A stretch of 64,000 nucleotides of DNA from an uncultured delta proteobacterium (GCA_963850305.1 CAWKKR010000006.1:32001-96000); one strand, 5' to 3'. Numbered from the stretch's first letter, positions 1 to 10,421 are shown. Translations and numbers: made by a program. The notes: a model not told the origin generated them from the sequence alone.

Positions 1-142
1 GGGGTTCGCGGTTGACTGCGGAGCTCACGCTCCTCTTCTGACGGCGTGTGACGTCCCGATGTTCACCATCGAGGCCAATGTTCGCGTTCTGGGCATGAAT
101 ATGTCATAAAATCAGGCACTTGGAAAAGCATGATGTGATTGT

Positions 143-1093
143 ATGGTCGGTGGCGTCGACGTGAACGCGCTGACTCCGATGCACCCCGAGGCGAGCAAGT
201 TCGCTCATGGGGCCTATCTGTTCGCGGTCGGGGCTCTGGTCATCCGTTTGGCTCATCTCGACGAGTGGAGCATCGTCACATGGCTGGTCCTCGCTGCGTT
301 CGTTGCAACCGTCCGCCCGGATCGCGTTCCGACGCCCTCGGCCAAGACTCTCGCGATGGGCGTGGTGGCTTTTGCGTCGATCAGCTTCGCGGTCGCGTAT
401 CTCCCGGATCTCTGGTTTGCAATCGCATACCGGTTGAACCACGCCCAGCACTACCTGCTCGACGCCAATCGTCTGATGCGGGCCCTCCCCGGGAACGACG
501 GCCGTATCGTCTGGGGACACGCCGTCGAACCCATCTCGCGCGTCATGCGCTGGATATACCGGACCGGCTTCGATCTGGTCGTCTGGATTCCTGTGGTCCG
601 CTCTCTTTTCGCGTTCGATGTGCGAAAGGTGATGCGCTACGCGCTCGGTTCGCACCTCATCCAATTTCCGCTCATCCTCCCGTTTTATTCGTCCATTCGC
701 GCCGACGAGGTGTGGAGCGTGCTTGGCGATCCCGATCGTCTCCATCGCGGCTGGAGCAACGAGATGCGGCTCGATCTAGGTGCCAACTGTTTTCCGAGCA
801 TGCATACGTCGGTCGCCTTCGCGATCTTGGTGCTCGCTGCACGCGAGCGAAGTCCGGCTTATCGCATCATGATGACGATCTACGCGACGAGCATCATCTT
901 CAGCACCGTTTACCTCGAGATCCACTGGCTCATGGACGTCGCGGGCGGCGTACTCCTCGGCATCGCTGCCGTACGGGTGACGGATCTGCTGCTCGCTGAG
1001 ATTTCCGGCGACGCTGCCCCGCGGCAGGCTCGGAGCAGACGCCGGTTCGCCGGGCTTCAGTCGCTCACCTTGACGAGCATCTTGCCGTCGTGA
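143..1093 (+). CDS. PAP2-superfamily membrane protein, AUR1/inositol-phosphorylceramide-synthase-like
   Basis: Multiple hydrophobic helices; motifs NCFPSMH and STVYLEIHWLMDVAGG match the C2/C3 catalytic motifs (His...His-x3-Asp) of AUR1/PAP2_3 proteins. Start codon uncertain. Confidence 0.75.
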   Translation: MVGGVDVNALTPMHPEASKFAHGAYLFAVGALVIRLAHLDEWSIVTWLVLAAFVATVRPDRVPTPSAKTLAMGVVAFASISFAVAYLPDLWFAIAYRLNHAQHYLLDANRLMRALPGNDGRIVWGHAVEPISRVMRWIYRTGFDLVVWIPVVRSLFAFDVRKVMRYALGSHLIQFPLILPFYSSIRADEVWSVLGDPDRLHRGWSNEMRLDLGANCFPSMHTSVAFAILVLAARERSPAYRIMMTIYATSIIFSTVYLEIHWLMDVAGGVLLGIAAVRVTDLLLAEISGDAAPRQARSRRRFAGLQSLTLTSILPS

Positions 1094-2061
1094 TCTCCCG
1101 AGAAGAGCCGCATCAGCGCCTCGGGCGCCCGCGCGAGGCCGTCGATGACGGTCGTCTTGTGCTTCAACTTACCCTCCGCCAGGAGCCCGCCGAGCACCAT
1201 CGCACCTTCCATGAAACGGGGTCCGTAGTCGAGGATGATGAACCCCTCCATCCGGCCCCGACGGCTGATGAGGTTCAGGTAATTCGCGGGGCCTCGCGCA
1301 TTTTCCATGTCGTCGTACTGAGAGATGGCCCCGCAGAGCACCACCCTCGCCCGCAGGGCGAGCCGCGCGAGCACGAGATCCAGAATCTGACCTCCGACAT
1401 TGTCGAAGAACACGTCGACGCCCTTCGGACACGTTTCGGTCAGTCGCTTTCCGACGTCCTCACTCTTGTAGTCGATGGCCGCGTCGAACCCGAGCTCGCC
1501 CGTGAGCCACGCGCACTTCGCGCCGGAGCCGGCGATACCAACCACGCGACAGCCCTTGCTCTTCGCGAGCTGCCCCACGATGGATCCTGTGGCCCCCGCG
1601 GCGCCCGAGACCACCACGGTCTCGCCGGACTTCGGCTGCCCGATCTCCGTCAGCCCGAAATACGCGGTCATGCCCGTGACACCGAAGACGCTGAGCGCGT
1701 CTCGAAGGTCGATGCCGGCGGGGATCGGTGTCGGTTTATCTCGCTCGCTCACGACCGCGTACTCTTGCCACCCCACCAGCGTGAACACGCGATCTCCGGG
1801 CGAGAGTGCCGCGATGTTCGACTTCAAAACCACCCCGGCACCGGCGCTTCGGATCACGCCGCCGACGGGAATCGCAGGGAGATACGTGTCGCGCTCCATC
1901 CATCCGCGGATCGTCGGATCGATCGACAGGCAGAGCGTCTTGATGAGCGCCTGTCCGGAACCAATTTCCGGGATCGGCTCCTTCCTCGTATCGAAATCGT
2001 CTCGGGTGACGGCGCCTCGAGGACGGCTCTTCAAGATGATCTGCGTATTCGATTCGGACAT
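1057..2061 (-). CDS. NADP-dependent oxidoreductase, MDR family (prostaglandin reductase/CurA-like)
   Basis: LSIDPTIRGWM, GMTAYFGL, VVVSGAAGATGS, FFDNVGG and LCGAISQY motifs. Confidence 0.92.
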   Translation of the reverse strand: MSESNTQIILKSRPRGAVTRDDFDTRKEPIPEIGSGQALIKTLCLSIDPTIRGWMERDTYLPAIPVGGVIRSAGAGVVLKSNIAALSPGDRVFTLVGWQEYAVVSERDKPTPIPAGIDLRDALSVFGVTGMTAYFGLTEIGQPKSGETVVVSGAAGATGSIVGQLAKSKGCRVVGIAGSGAKCAWLTGELGFDAAIDYKSEDVGKRLTETCPKGVDVFFDNVGGQILDLVLARLALRARVVLCGAISQYDDMENARGPANYLNLISRRGRMEGFIILDYGPRFMEGAMVLGGLLAEGKLKHKTTVIDGLARAPEALMRLFSGDHDGKMLVKVSD

Positions 2062-2134
2062 GCCCGCACTATAGCGGCACCGCGTCAGGCGTGTCCCAGG
2101 ATTGGTTCGAGGACGGTGTTAGGCTCGGTGCTCG

Positions 2135-4009
2135 TTGACCGCCCTGGTCCCGTTCCATTCGGCGAAGCAGCGGATCGGCCACGCCCGATTCCAGCCCGCG
2201 TGGGGCCTCGCGGCGGCGTTGGCCTTTCCGTGGTGCGTTCAGACCGTCGCAACCCTGACGTCGGGCCTCGGCCTTCGACCGCTGGCTGGCCCGCTGCGAG
2301 CGACGGCCATACTCGTCGCGGCGACGGTCTTCACGGTGGTCGTCGCTCGTCGGGCTGCGGCGCTCGCGGTCGCGACCACCGCCGGTGGGGGATCGTCCGT
2401 CGTAGTCCGCGCCCTCGCCGTAGTCATCGCCTGCGCCGCCATGATTGCGCAAGGCGTTGCCTGTCTCGCATCCAGCGTCTTTCCCCTCGTTGCATACGAC
2501 ACGCTCGGCTATCGCCTCCCGGTCATTGCGGATTGGCTGGACGCGGGTCGCATCGCCTGGGTGATGACGGACGATCCGGTTCGCAATGGATACCCGTTTG
2601 GCCAAGAGGTCGTCTCCGCCGTCGTGGCGGCGGCCACGGGGTCGCTCCGCCTCGCCGGTGCGACGAGCTTCCCGTTCGTGGCCGCGGGCGTGTTCTCGAT
2701 CTGGTGGATCGCCGAGGTCGAGGGAGTCAGGCGCCCGCTTGCGCGGGCATCGGCGGCATTGTTCGCGCTGACGCCCGTCATCCTCCTGAATGCGGCGAGC
2801 GGGTACGTCGATGCGGCGTTTGCCGGCTCCGTGATAGCGCTCTTCGTTTCGGCAGCGCTCGTTGGCCGCCCGGGATTTTCGCGGCCCATCGCCGCCGTGA
2901 TGACGGGAATGGCCGCAGCCCTGGTGTTGTCGTTGAAGGCGAACGGTCCCGTCATCGTCACGATCGTCGCGCTCATGCTTTGCGTGCGTGCCGTCAGGAG
3001 AGAGGTTCGGGGGCGACTTCTCTTGGTTGCTGCGACTTTCGCGACGCCGGGTTCGTTCTGGGTGCTGAGAAACGTCGCACACACCGGAAATCCGCTCTGG
3101 CCGGCGAATATAAGGGTCGCCGGGCATACGCTGTTCCACGGCGTCCGTACGATGCCCGCGCTCCTCGACATCGCAGACAATACTCCGAGGGAATACTCGC
3201 ACCTCGGTAACCTCGCTCGCGTCGGGTGGACGTGGCTCCAGACGGCAGGGCCCGCCCTCGATTGCGACGATCGACGTGCCGGGCTCGGCTGGCTGTGGCT
3301 CCTGCTCGGGGTCCCGGCGATCGGTGCCGTGCTGGCGCACGCACTCCGGCGTCGAGAGGTCATGGCGAGAGGCGCTGTCGTGATCCTGATGACCATCGCT
3401 TGCTTCGTCGTGCAACCCATGAACTGGTGGCCTCGCTACACGGCGTGGGTGTGGGGCGCAGGCGCTCTGGCGATCGCGCTTGGCGCCGAGAGGCTGGCCC
3501 GTGCCGGACGCGATCGCGCCGTTGCGCTCGCGTCGAGCGTCGCGGTCGTGTTCTCGGTCGGCGAGGGAACCATTGCAGCGCTTCACGCGAACGGTCTCGG
3601 GACGGCGCTTGGACGCCTGTCCGAGGTCAGTAACGGCGACGTCTACGACGTTCGCCATCCGCGCAATACACGCTCCTGGGTGGATCCGAAATTCTGGACC
3701 CTTGGAGTCGACTCGGGCGGCCCGGTCTGTCGCGGCGCGTGGAAGCCGGGCAGCGACGATGCCAACCTCGACGGAGTGTTTGCACAGCTCCGGCCGAGGC
3801 CGAGCGTTCGGGTCGTGCTCGACGATCATGCCACCTGGGAGCGAGTGCGCCGGGATTGGGGGGCCGCCGGATGCGTGAGCTTGCTCCTGTTCCGTGGGAG
3901 CCGCGTCATCGAATCGGCGCGAGCCGACCCGGCGGTCGTCGTGAAGCAGGCCATCGCGTTCGACCCGCTGCTGGTCGTTCGACGGCGCACGGGTTCGCGC
4001 GCCCGATGA
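2135..4009 (+). CDS. Polytopic membrane protein, probable GT-C-fold glycosyltransferase
   Basis: Many TM segments; loop YDTLGYRLP..W followed by GYP, plus YVD and LSLKANG motifs and WVLRN...TGNPLWP, as seen in lipid-carrier-dependent glycosyltransferases. TTG start. Confidence 0.6.
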   Translation: MTALVPFHSAKQRIGHARFQPAWGLAAALAFPWCVQTVATLTSGLGLRPLAGPLRATAILVAATVFTVVVARRAAALAVATTAGGGSSVVVRALAVVIACAAMIAQGVACLASSVFPLVAYDTLGYRLPVIADWLDAGRIAWVMTDDPVRNGYPFGQEVVSAVVAAATGSLRLAGATSFPFVAAGVFSIWWIAEVEGVRRPLARASAALFALTPVILLNAASGYVDAAFAGSVIALFVSAALVGRPGFSRPIAAVMTGMAAALVLSLKANGPVIVTIVALMLCVRAVRREVRGRLLLVAATFATPGSFWVLRNVAHTGNPLWPANIRVAGHTLFHGVRTMPALLDIADNTPREYSHLGNLARVGWTWLQTAGPALDCDDRRAGLGWLWLLLGVPAIGAVLAHALRRREVMARGAVVILMTIACFVVQPMNWWPRYTAWVWGAGALAIALGAERLARAGRDRAVALASSVAVVFSVGEGTIAALHANGLGTALGRLSEVSNGDVYDVRHPRNTRSWVDPKFWTLGVDSGGPVCRGAWKPGSDDANLDGVFAQLRPRPSVRVVLDDHATWERVRRDWGAAGCVSLLLFRGSRVIESARADPAVVVKQAIAFDPLLVVRRRTGSRAR

Positions 4010-4035
4010 ACGTGCGCAGGCGTCGAGCCTGCGGC

Positions 4036-4530
4036 TCACCCGGTGACGTCGCGGTACGCGCTACGGAAATGGATCAAGGGATCGCCGTCGCCGAGCGCGA
4101 TGCGCTGGATCGCCCCCACGAAGACATCATGGTCGCCCGTGGGCACGCGCTGGGTCACGATGCACTCCACGACGGCGAGGACGTCCGGTAGCAGGGGGCA
4201 CCCCGTCGCGCTCCCGGGCGACCAGGGAATGCCATCGAACTTATCGAGGCCGTGCGTCGCGAACCGTGCGGCGAGGTCGCGTTGCTCGCGGGACAGCATG
4301 TTCACGGCGAACCGACCGGCGGCAAGCAGTGCCGGGTATGCATCCGCGTCGTGCGATACGCACACGAGACACAAGGGTGGATTCTTGGACGCCGACGCGA
4401 ACGCGTTCGCCGTCAGTGCCGCAGGCTGTCCAGCCCCGTCCAGCGTCGTGATCACCGTCACGCCGGTCGCGAATGTCGCCATTGCGGCCTTGAAGTCGGC
4501 CATCGTCACGAGGGGCTTCATCGGCGGCAA
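4036..4530 (-). CDS. Flavin reductase family protein
   Basis: FATGVTVITT, ASKNPPLCLVC, FAVNMLS and GDHDVFVG motifs. Confidence 0.92.
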   Translation of the reverse strand: MPPMKPLVTMADFKAAMATFATGVTVITTLDGAGQPAALTANAFASASKNPPLCLVCVSHDADAYPALLAAGRFAVNMLSREQRDLAARFATHGLDKFDGIPWSPGSATGCPLLPDVLAVVECIVTQRVPTGDHDVFVGAIQRIALGDGDPLIHFRSAYRDVTG

Positions 4531-4554
4531 TCTATCACGCAGCGGCCCGATCTC

Positions 4555-5859
4555 TCAGGCAGAGTGAACGTCGCGCACGACTTCCACCATGGCGCGCGTC
4601 ACTGCCGACAAGTCCGGCGTGTCGACGACGAATGGCGGCATCGTGTACACGAGTCGACCGAAGGGGCGGAGCCAGACGCCGCGGTCCACGAAGGCCGGTT
4701 GCACGCGGCGCATGTCGACGGGCTGCTCGAGCTCGATGACGCCGATCGCGCCGAGCACGCGTACGTCGCGGACGCCTCGAAGCGCGCGCGCCGGGGCAAG
4801 ACCCGCGGAAAGTTCGCCCTCGATTCGCTCGATGCGCGTCCGCCAGGGCGACGAGAGCAGAACATCGATGCTCGCGAGGGCGACGGCGCAGGCCAGCGGA
4901 TTCCCCATGAACGTCGGGCCGTGCATCAGCACCCCCGGTGCCGCCGCGCACACCCCGCGGGCCACGGCATCCGTCGCGAGCGTCGCAGCGAGGGTCATCG
5001 TGCCGCCGGTGAGCGCCTTGCCGAGACAGAGGATGTCCGGCGCGACCCCCGCGTGTTCACACGCGAAGAGGCGCCCCGTTCGCCCGAACCCCGTCGCGAT
5101 CTCGTCGAGGATCAAGAGCACGTCGTGAGCGTCCGCGAGCGCGCGCGCGCGACGCAGGTATTCGGGCGAATAAAACCGCATCCCGCCCGCGCCCTGCACG
5201 ATCGGTTCGAGGATGATCGCCGCGACGTGAGCGGCATGCTCTTCGAGTCGAGCAGCCAGGTCGGCGATGGGCCCGTCGTCCCACGGTGCGCCGAATGCCG
5301 GCCCGGGTATGGCGGCGAAGAGTTGCTCGGCCAGCACACCCGCGAACAGTCCATGCATCCCGCCGACGGGGTCGCACACGCTCATCGCACCGAAGGTATC
5401 GCCGTGATAGCCGCCGCGAACCGTCAGGAGCTTGTTCTTCTCGGGTCGTCCGCGGCCCTTCCAGTATTGAAGGGCCATCTTGATGGCCACCTCGACGGAT
5501 ACGGAACCGGAATCGCAAAAGAAGACCTTCGTCAGCGGCGGAGGCGTGAGCTCGACGAGGCGCACGGCGAGGCGCACGGCGGGTTCGTGCGTGAGTCCGC
5601 CGAACATGACGTGCGGCATGCGCTCGAGCTGCGCGCGAGCCGCGCGCTCCAGCTCCGGCACGCCGTACCCGTGAATGGCGGCCCACCAGGACGACATGCC
5701 GTCGATGAGCTCGCGGCCGTCCGTGAGCCGTAGCCGCACGCCGCGCGCTCTCTCGACGCCGAATACGGGAAGCGGAGCGACGGCCGATGCGTAGGGGTGC
5801 CAGACGTGCGAACGGTCCAGTGCGAGCAGCGAGTCGTCGTCGCGAGGCATGGAAGGCAC
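4555..5859 (-). CDS. bioA: Adenosylmethionine-8-amino-7-oxononanoate aminotransferase
   Basis: [52 protein letters not shown] (PLP Lys) and [11 protein letters not shown]. Confidence 0.97.
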   Translation of the reverse strand: MPSMPRDDDSLLALDRSHVWHPYASAVAPLPVFGVERARGVRLRLTDGRELIDGMSSWWAAIHGYGVPELERAARAQLERMPHVMFGGLTHEPAVRLAVRLVELTPPPLTKVFFCDSGSVSVEVAIKMALQYWKGRGRPEKNKLLTVRGGYHGDTFGAMSVCDPVGGMHGLFAGVLAEQLFAAIPGPAFGAPWDDGPIADLAARLEEHAAHVAAIILEPIVQGAGGMRFYSPEYLRRARALADAHDVLLILDEIATGFGRTGRLFACEHAGVAPDILCLGKALTGGTMTLAATLATDAVARGVCAAAPGVLMHGPTFMGNPLACAVALASIDVLLSSPWRTRIERIEGELSAGLAPARALRGVRDVRVLGAIGVIELEQPVDMRRVQPAFVDRGVWLRPFGRLVYTMPPFVVDTPDLSAVTRAMVEVVRDVHSA

Positions 5860-5885
5860 GCCTAGTGTATAGATCCCGCCTCGCG

Positions 5886-7163
5886 ATGACCGATCTGTTC
5901 GATGACCTCGCCGCGCGCGGCCTCATTCATCAAGAAACCGACCCCGCGGGTCTACGGGCTCACTGCGTCGGTGCGTCCCGCCGCCTCTATTGTGGCTTCG
6001 ATCCCACGGCAAGCTCCCTCACCATAGGGAACCTCGTTCCGATCCTGCTCCTCCGGCGATTCCAGCTTGCCGGACACCGTCCGGTCGTCGTGATGGGCGG
6101 CGGTACCGGCCTGATCGGCGATCCCTCCGGCAAGGAAGCCGAGCGGACGCTGCGGACGCGGGACGAGATACGCGCCAACATCGACGGCCAGCGACCGATC
6201 TTCGAGCGGATCCTGGACTTCTCGGGGCCCACCGCGGCGACGATCGTGAACAACGCCGACTGGCTCGAAAAGCTCTCGTTCGTCGAGGCGCTCCGCGACG
6301 TCGGAAAACACTTCTCCGTGAACATGATGATCCAGAAGGACTCCGTCCGGCGCAGGCTCGACGAGCGGGAGCAGGGGATCAGTTACACGGAGTTCAGCTA
6401 CATGCTGCTCCAGGCCTACGACTTCCAGCACCTCCACGACGCGGCCGGCGTGACCGTGCAGGTGGCCGGATCGGACCAGTGGGGCAACATCGTTGCCGGC
6501 ATCGAGCTCGTCCGGCGGACGCGGCAGAAGGAGTTGTTCGGCCTCACCGCGCCGCTGGTCACCAAGGCTGACGGCTCGAAATTCGGCAAGACCGAAGCAG
6601 GCGCCGTCTGGCTCACCCCCGACCGGACCTCGCCGTACGCGTTCCATCAGTTCTGGCTCAACACCGATGACGCGGACCTGCCGAAGTTCCTGAACACGTT
6701 CACCCTGCTCCCCCGCGACGAGATCGACGCTCTCCTGGCCGCTCACGAGCGCGAGCCGGGCGCTCGCCACGCGCATCGGGCGCTCGCGGACCACGTCACG
6801 GAACTTCTGCACGGGAGTGAAGCGCGCGCGAACGCGGAGCAGGCGGCGCGTGCACTGTTCTCCGGAGATGTGGCCGGTCTCTCCAGGGAAACCCTGGATG
6901 AGGTCTTCGCCAACGTGCCGTCGAGTGACCACCTGGTCGCCGACCTGGGGGGGGAAGGTCTGCCTCTCGCCGACTTGCTCGTCACGACGGGCGTCGCCAG
7001 GAGCAAGCGCGAGTCGCGGGAGTTTCTGTCGAACGGCGCGGTGAGCCTCAACGGTGAGCGTGTGGAACCGGACGCGCGGCTCACCCGCGCCGGCTTGATG
7101 CACGGCAGCGTCGCGCTGATCCGTCGAGGGAAAAAGACCTGGCACGTGACGCGGTGGCGTTGA
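5886..7163 (+). CDS. tyrS: Tyrosine--tRNA ligase
   Basis: [12 protein letters not shown]-like [31 protein letters not shown] and a C-terminal S4 domain. ATG at 5886 chosen. Confidence 0.97.
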   Translation: MTDLFDDLAARGLIHQETDPAGLRAHCVGASRRLYCGFDPTASSLTIGNLVPILLLRRFQLAGHRPVVVMGGGTGLIGDPSGKEAERTLRTRDEIRANIDGQRPIFERILDFSGPTAATIVNNADWLEKLSFVEALRDVGKHFSVNMMIQKDSVRRRLDEREQGISYTEFSYMLLQAYDFQHLHDAAGVTVQVAGSDQWGNIVAGIELVRRTRQKELFGLTAPLVTKADGSKFGKTEAGAVWLTPDRTSPYAFHQFWLNTDDADLPKFLNTFTLLPRDEIDALLAAHEREPGARHAHRALADHVTELLHGSEARANAEQAARALFSGDVAGLSRETLDEVFANVPSSDHLVADLGGEGLPLADLLVTTGVARSKRESREFLSNGAVSLNGERVEPDARLTRAGLMHGSVALIRRGKKTWHVTRWR

Positions 7164-7270
7164 GGGTCGGCCCGGCGACGCCATTGTCGTGACGCGGATG
7201 CAGACCCCTACCCGGCTTCCATAAGTCCCGTTAGTTGGCCCAGAGGCGCGCTCTCGGCTGAATCGGCACG

Positions 7271-8218
7271 ATGATTCCTGCGCGGTCGGCGCTTTTTGCC
7301 GCGGCCTGGCTCTGTATTGCGCCGTGCGCGCTGGCCAAACACCTGGAGACGTCCGAGCGTGGGGCGAGGGCACACGCTCATGCTCCGACGAGGGCGAAGA
7401 CGAAGCCCTCGAACCACCGGGTCGTCGCGTCCAGGCCGAAGAAGAAAAAGAAGCGCCGCCCCATCCGGCGCGATCCGCCGAACGCGACCTGGCTCAAGTA
7501 CAAGCGCTCGCCGTGGAGACGCGGCTACGTCTCCGTGGTGGGTCACGGCAAGCAATGGAGTGGCTACCTCGTCGACGCCGCGGGCGACGTGCCGCCGCTC
7601 GCGCGGAAGGAACTCTCGGAGGCACTCGCCTCCTGGCGGACGGGCAAATGGATGCTCATCGACGAGCACCTCATGCAGCTCATCGCCGACGTGTCCGATG
7701 AGTTCGGGGGCCGCCCCATCCGGCTCGTGAGTGGTTACCGTGAGCAATCCTGGGCTCAGGGGTCGAAGCACAAGGTCGGGCAGGCCTTCGACTTCAGCAT
7801 CCCCGGCGTGCCGAACGCACTCCTCAAGGACTATCTGCGCTCGCTCCCGGACGTCGGCGTCGGATACTACCCGAACTCGACGCACGTCCATCTCGACGTG
7901 CGGGACAAGCCGACGTACTGGGTCGACTACTCCGCGCCCGGCCAGCCCCCCGATTACGCCTACGCCCGCCGCGTCGCGGGCCTCACGCCGGCCGAGCACG
8001 CGCTCGCGGCGGCGCTCGACGCGCTCCGTCGCGACGCGGCGCCGAACGGCGAACGACACATTGCCGCGCCAGCCTCGACGCCCATGATGCGCGTCGCGCC
8101 GGCCTCGAGCGCCGCGTTCCCGGCGCCGCGAGCAGACGACGAAGGCGACGACGAGCGCGAGCCGAACGATGTCGTGGGCGACGGGCCGCCAAAGCCGCTC
8201 GCGCGGGCGATTCCGTAG
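7271..8218 (+). CDS. DUF882/YcbK (MepK-like) M15 metallopeptidase, secreted
   Basis: Signal peptide; SGYR, SKH-x6-D and GVGYYPNSTHVHLDVR Zn-ligand motifs; polybasic N-terminal region. Confidence 0.85.
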   Translation: MIPARSALFAAAWLCIAPCALAKHLETSERGARAHAHAPTRAKTKPSNHRVVASRPKKKKKRRPIRRDPPNATWLKYKRSPWRRGYVSVVGHGKQWSGYLVDAAGDVPPLARKELSEALASWRTGKWMLIDEHLMQLIADVSDEFGGRPIRLVSGYREQSWAQGSKHKVGQAFDFSIPGVPNALLKDYLRSLPDVGVGYYPNSTHVHLDVRDKPTYWVDYSAPGQPPDYAYARRVAGLTPAEHALAAALDALRRDAAPNGERHIAAPASTPMMRVAPASSAAFPAPRADDEGDDEREPNDVVGDGPPKPLARAIP

Positions 8219-8292
8219 GGCATCCGTCCCGATACTGAGAATTCGCGCAGTCGCCTCGCAAGCGTAACGTTGCTCCGCGATCCTCCGGGCTC

Positions 8293-8814
8293 GTGGGCCT
8301 CCCACGAAAAGGGTCGTTTGGTCATCGGATCGCGCTGATCGTGCTGGCGTTCGCGTCCCTGGCGAGCGGCGTCGCGTCCGGGCACGTGGAGCTCTTCCAC
8401 ATCGAGCGGAGCACCAACCGCAACGTGGTCGTGTATGACCTCCGGTTGCTCGGCAGCGGCGGGATCGACACTGCGCACCCCGTGCACGCCTACTGGCGCC
8501 TCTTCGCCGAGGACGGCCGCGCCGAGGAGCTCACGTGGCTCGAAACCCAGTTCGCTTACGGCTTCAGCGTGCAGTCGAAGCCGGGTGAACTCGTACTGCG
8601 GCTGACCGCGCTCGCGCATCGCCCTCTGCACGTTCGACGGTGCGGGGCGCGTTTCTGCGCGACGCTTCTCGTCGCGGGCAAATCCGCGGTTCTCGATCAC
8701 GTCTGGGTCCAGACGGAAGGCGCCTTCCTCGGACCTCGCGTCGAGTGGGTCGAGCTCTATGGCGCCGACGCACGGACGGGCGAGCGGCTCACCGAGCGCA
8801 TCGTGAACCACTGA
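8293..8814 (+). CDS. Secreted protein, DUF4833-like
   Basis: Signal peptide; LFHIERSTNRNVVVYD, VHAYW, ELTWLE..FAYG and VELYG pattern recalled for DUF4833. Confidence 0.7.
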   Translation: MGLPRKGSFGHRIALIVLAFASLASGVASGHVELFHIERSTNRNVVVYDLRLLGSGGIDTAHPVHAYWRLFAEDGRAEELTWLETQFAYGFSVQSKPGELVLRLTALAHRPLHVRRCGARFCATLLVAGKSAVLDHVWVQTEGAFLGPRVEWVELYGADARTGERLTERIVNH

Positions 8815-9236
8815 CGGCGTGGGGTTTTGTTCTGGGGGGTGTCCCACCTGTCCCACCCCCCGGGGCTTGCTTCGCAACCGCGCCCCCTGGTACTCGCTGC
8901 GCTCGGCGCCGTGGGACGGCTGGAGCAAGGCGGGGGGAGAGACGGCAGGGGCGGAAGCGACTCGCGCCGCAGGAAGTCTGCGAGGGCGATCGTGTACGCG
9001 GACTTGCCCCGCGCTTCGGCGAGCTCCCGATATTCCGGGCGGCCCCGCGCGCTCCTCGCGTACGCGACCGCCCGGCGAAAGCGCTCTTGCTGCGCCTTCT
9101 GCGCCGCCGAAGGCGCGTAGCTCCCTCGCCACCGCGGCGCCGCCGACAGGGAGGTGCGGCCGTCCTTGCGGCAGCGCACGACGAGCTGCTTGCCCAGCCT
9201 GCCCGATAACCCCCGAAGGACCAGATTGTTCCTCAC
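8757..9236 (-). CDS. Small basic hypothetical protein (possibly truncated or degenerate)
   Basis: Protein-like core VRNNLVLRGLSGRLGKQLVVR...AQKAQQERFRRAVAYA...SAYTIALADFL from a GTG at 9236. Its tail runs through low-complexity hairpin DNA and overlaps the neighbouring gene. Confidence 0.5.
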   Translation of the reverse strand: MRNNLVLRGLSGRLGKQLVVRCRKDGRTSLSAAPRWRGSYAPSAAQKAQQERFRRAVAYARSARGRPEYRELAEARGKSAYTIALADFLRRESLPPLPSLPPPCSSRPTAPSAASTRGRGCEASPGGWDRWDTPQNKTPRRQWFTMRSVSRSPVRASAP

Positions 9237-9326
9237 GCCCTCGGGTTGCTGGTGCGGCCCAGGGTGGACCCGCTCACCCTGCCGTCGAGGCAATGTCGAT
9301 CGCCAAAGAGGTGCGGAACTACGCGA

Positions 9327-9391
9327 GCGGAGCGAGCCCGCCGAAGGCGGCGGGGAGCGGTCGCGAAGCGAGCCGCGGGGGCAAGGCCCCC
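9327..9391. repeat. Cluster of short GC-rich hairpins (REP-like or terminator-like)
   Basis: GCGGAGC (9327-9333), CCGCC-GAA-GGCGG (9338-9350), TCGC-GAA-GCGA (9361-9371) and GGGGGC-AAG-GCCCCC (9377-9391), followed by TTTCTT. Confidence 0.6.
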
Positions 9392-9410
9392 TTTCTTAAT
9401 AGCTCGTCCT

Positions 9411-10421
9411 TCAGCTCGGAGGCACGGCGCGGCTCTCGGTCGCGACGGGTTTCAGCACTCCCGCGGCGCGATAGCCGTCCGCCGCATGCGCCAGGCAATC
9501 CCGTAGATCGTGCGCGGGGGCAAACCCGAGCTCGTCGATGAGCCGGGCGCTCGAGCACGCGAAGGCGGGCGCGGCCATCTGGCGGTATTGCTTGTCGTCG
9601 AGTTGATTCTTGAATCCGAACACCTTCGAGGCGAGCGTCGACCCGAGCATCGCGAGGTACACGCCGAACCGCGGCACGGTGAAGACACGGACGGGCCGTC
9701 CGACGGCATGCTCGAGCTCGCGCCACAGCTCGAGCACGTCGATGCGGGCCGGATGACTCGCGTAATACACGAACGATCCGGCGCGCCGATCGTCCGCGGC
9801 CAGCACGAATGCGTCGGCGAGATCGCGCACGTCGACGAAGCTGAGCTCCTGGGGACCGCCCGCGACGACCATGCCCACGCCGGATCTCGCGGAGCGAAAC
9901 AGCGTGAGGCTCGCCTCGTCGTGCGGCCCGAGCACGATCGGCGGCCGCAGGATGGTCGTGGGGAAAGGCGCCTGCTGCACGACCGCCTCCGCCGCGGCCT
10001 TGGCGGCGCCGTACGGTTCGATCGGCGCCAGCGGATCGGCTTCCGTCCACGGGCGGCCGGGCACCGAGGGTCCCGCCGCGGCGAGCGATGACGCGAACAC
10101 GAGCCGCTTCGGCGCGAAGCTCTGCCGCTCCAGGCACGAGAGCAGATCTTTCACTGCGCCCAGATTGATCGCCTCGTACTCCGCTTCTCGCTGCGCGGCG
10201 ATGACCCCCGCGAGGTGGACCACGACGTCGCACTCCGGCAGAACCGTCTTCGGATCGGCGAACACCGACAGATCGCCCGGGAACGCCTCGACGGCTGCGG
10301 ACAGCCGCGTCGCCTTCTCCGGGTTGCGCACCAGCGCGATGACGTGGTCCCCGCGCGCGACGAAGCGCTCGCACAGGTGCCGCCCGATGAAACCCGTCGC
10401 ACCGGTGACGAAGACGCGCAT
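9411..10421 (-). CDS. NAD-dependent epimerase/dehydratase (extended SDR)
   Basis: MRVFVTGATGFIG Rossmann motif, HLAG, ASSLAA, YGAAK (YxxxK) and LRPPIVLGP. Start set at ATG 10421. Confidence 0.92.
   Translation of the reverse strand: MRVFVTGATGFIGRHLCERFVARGDHVIALVRNPEKATRLSAAVEAFPGDLSVFADPKTVLPECDVVVHLAGVIAAQREAEYEAINLGAVKDLLSCLERQSFAPKRLVFASSLAAAGPSVPGRPWTEADPLAPIEPYGAAKAAAEAVVQQAPFPTTILRPPIVLGPHDEASLTLFRSARSGVGMVVAGGPQELSFVDVRDLADAFVLAADDRRAGSFVYYASHPARIDVLELWRELEHAVGRPVRVFTVPRFGVYLAMLGSTLASKVFGFKNQLDDKQYRQMAAPAFACSSARLIDELGFAPAHDLRDCLAHAADGYRAAGVLKPVATESRAVPPS

Noticed and set aside
1090..3210. Long alternative-frame and antisense ORFs (e.g. 1090-3210, 2069-4039, 22304-24388, 39334-40509, 63038-63916)
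   Set aside because: Arg/Pro/Ala-rich shadow ORFs expected at high GC; each overlaps a gene with clear family motifs.
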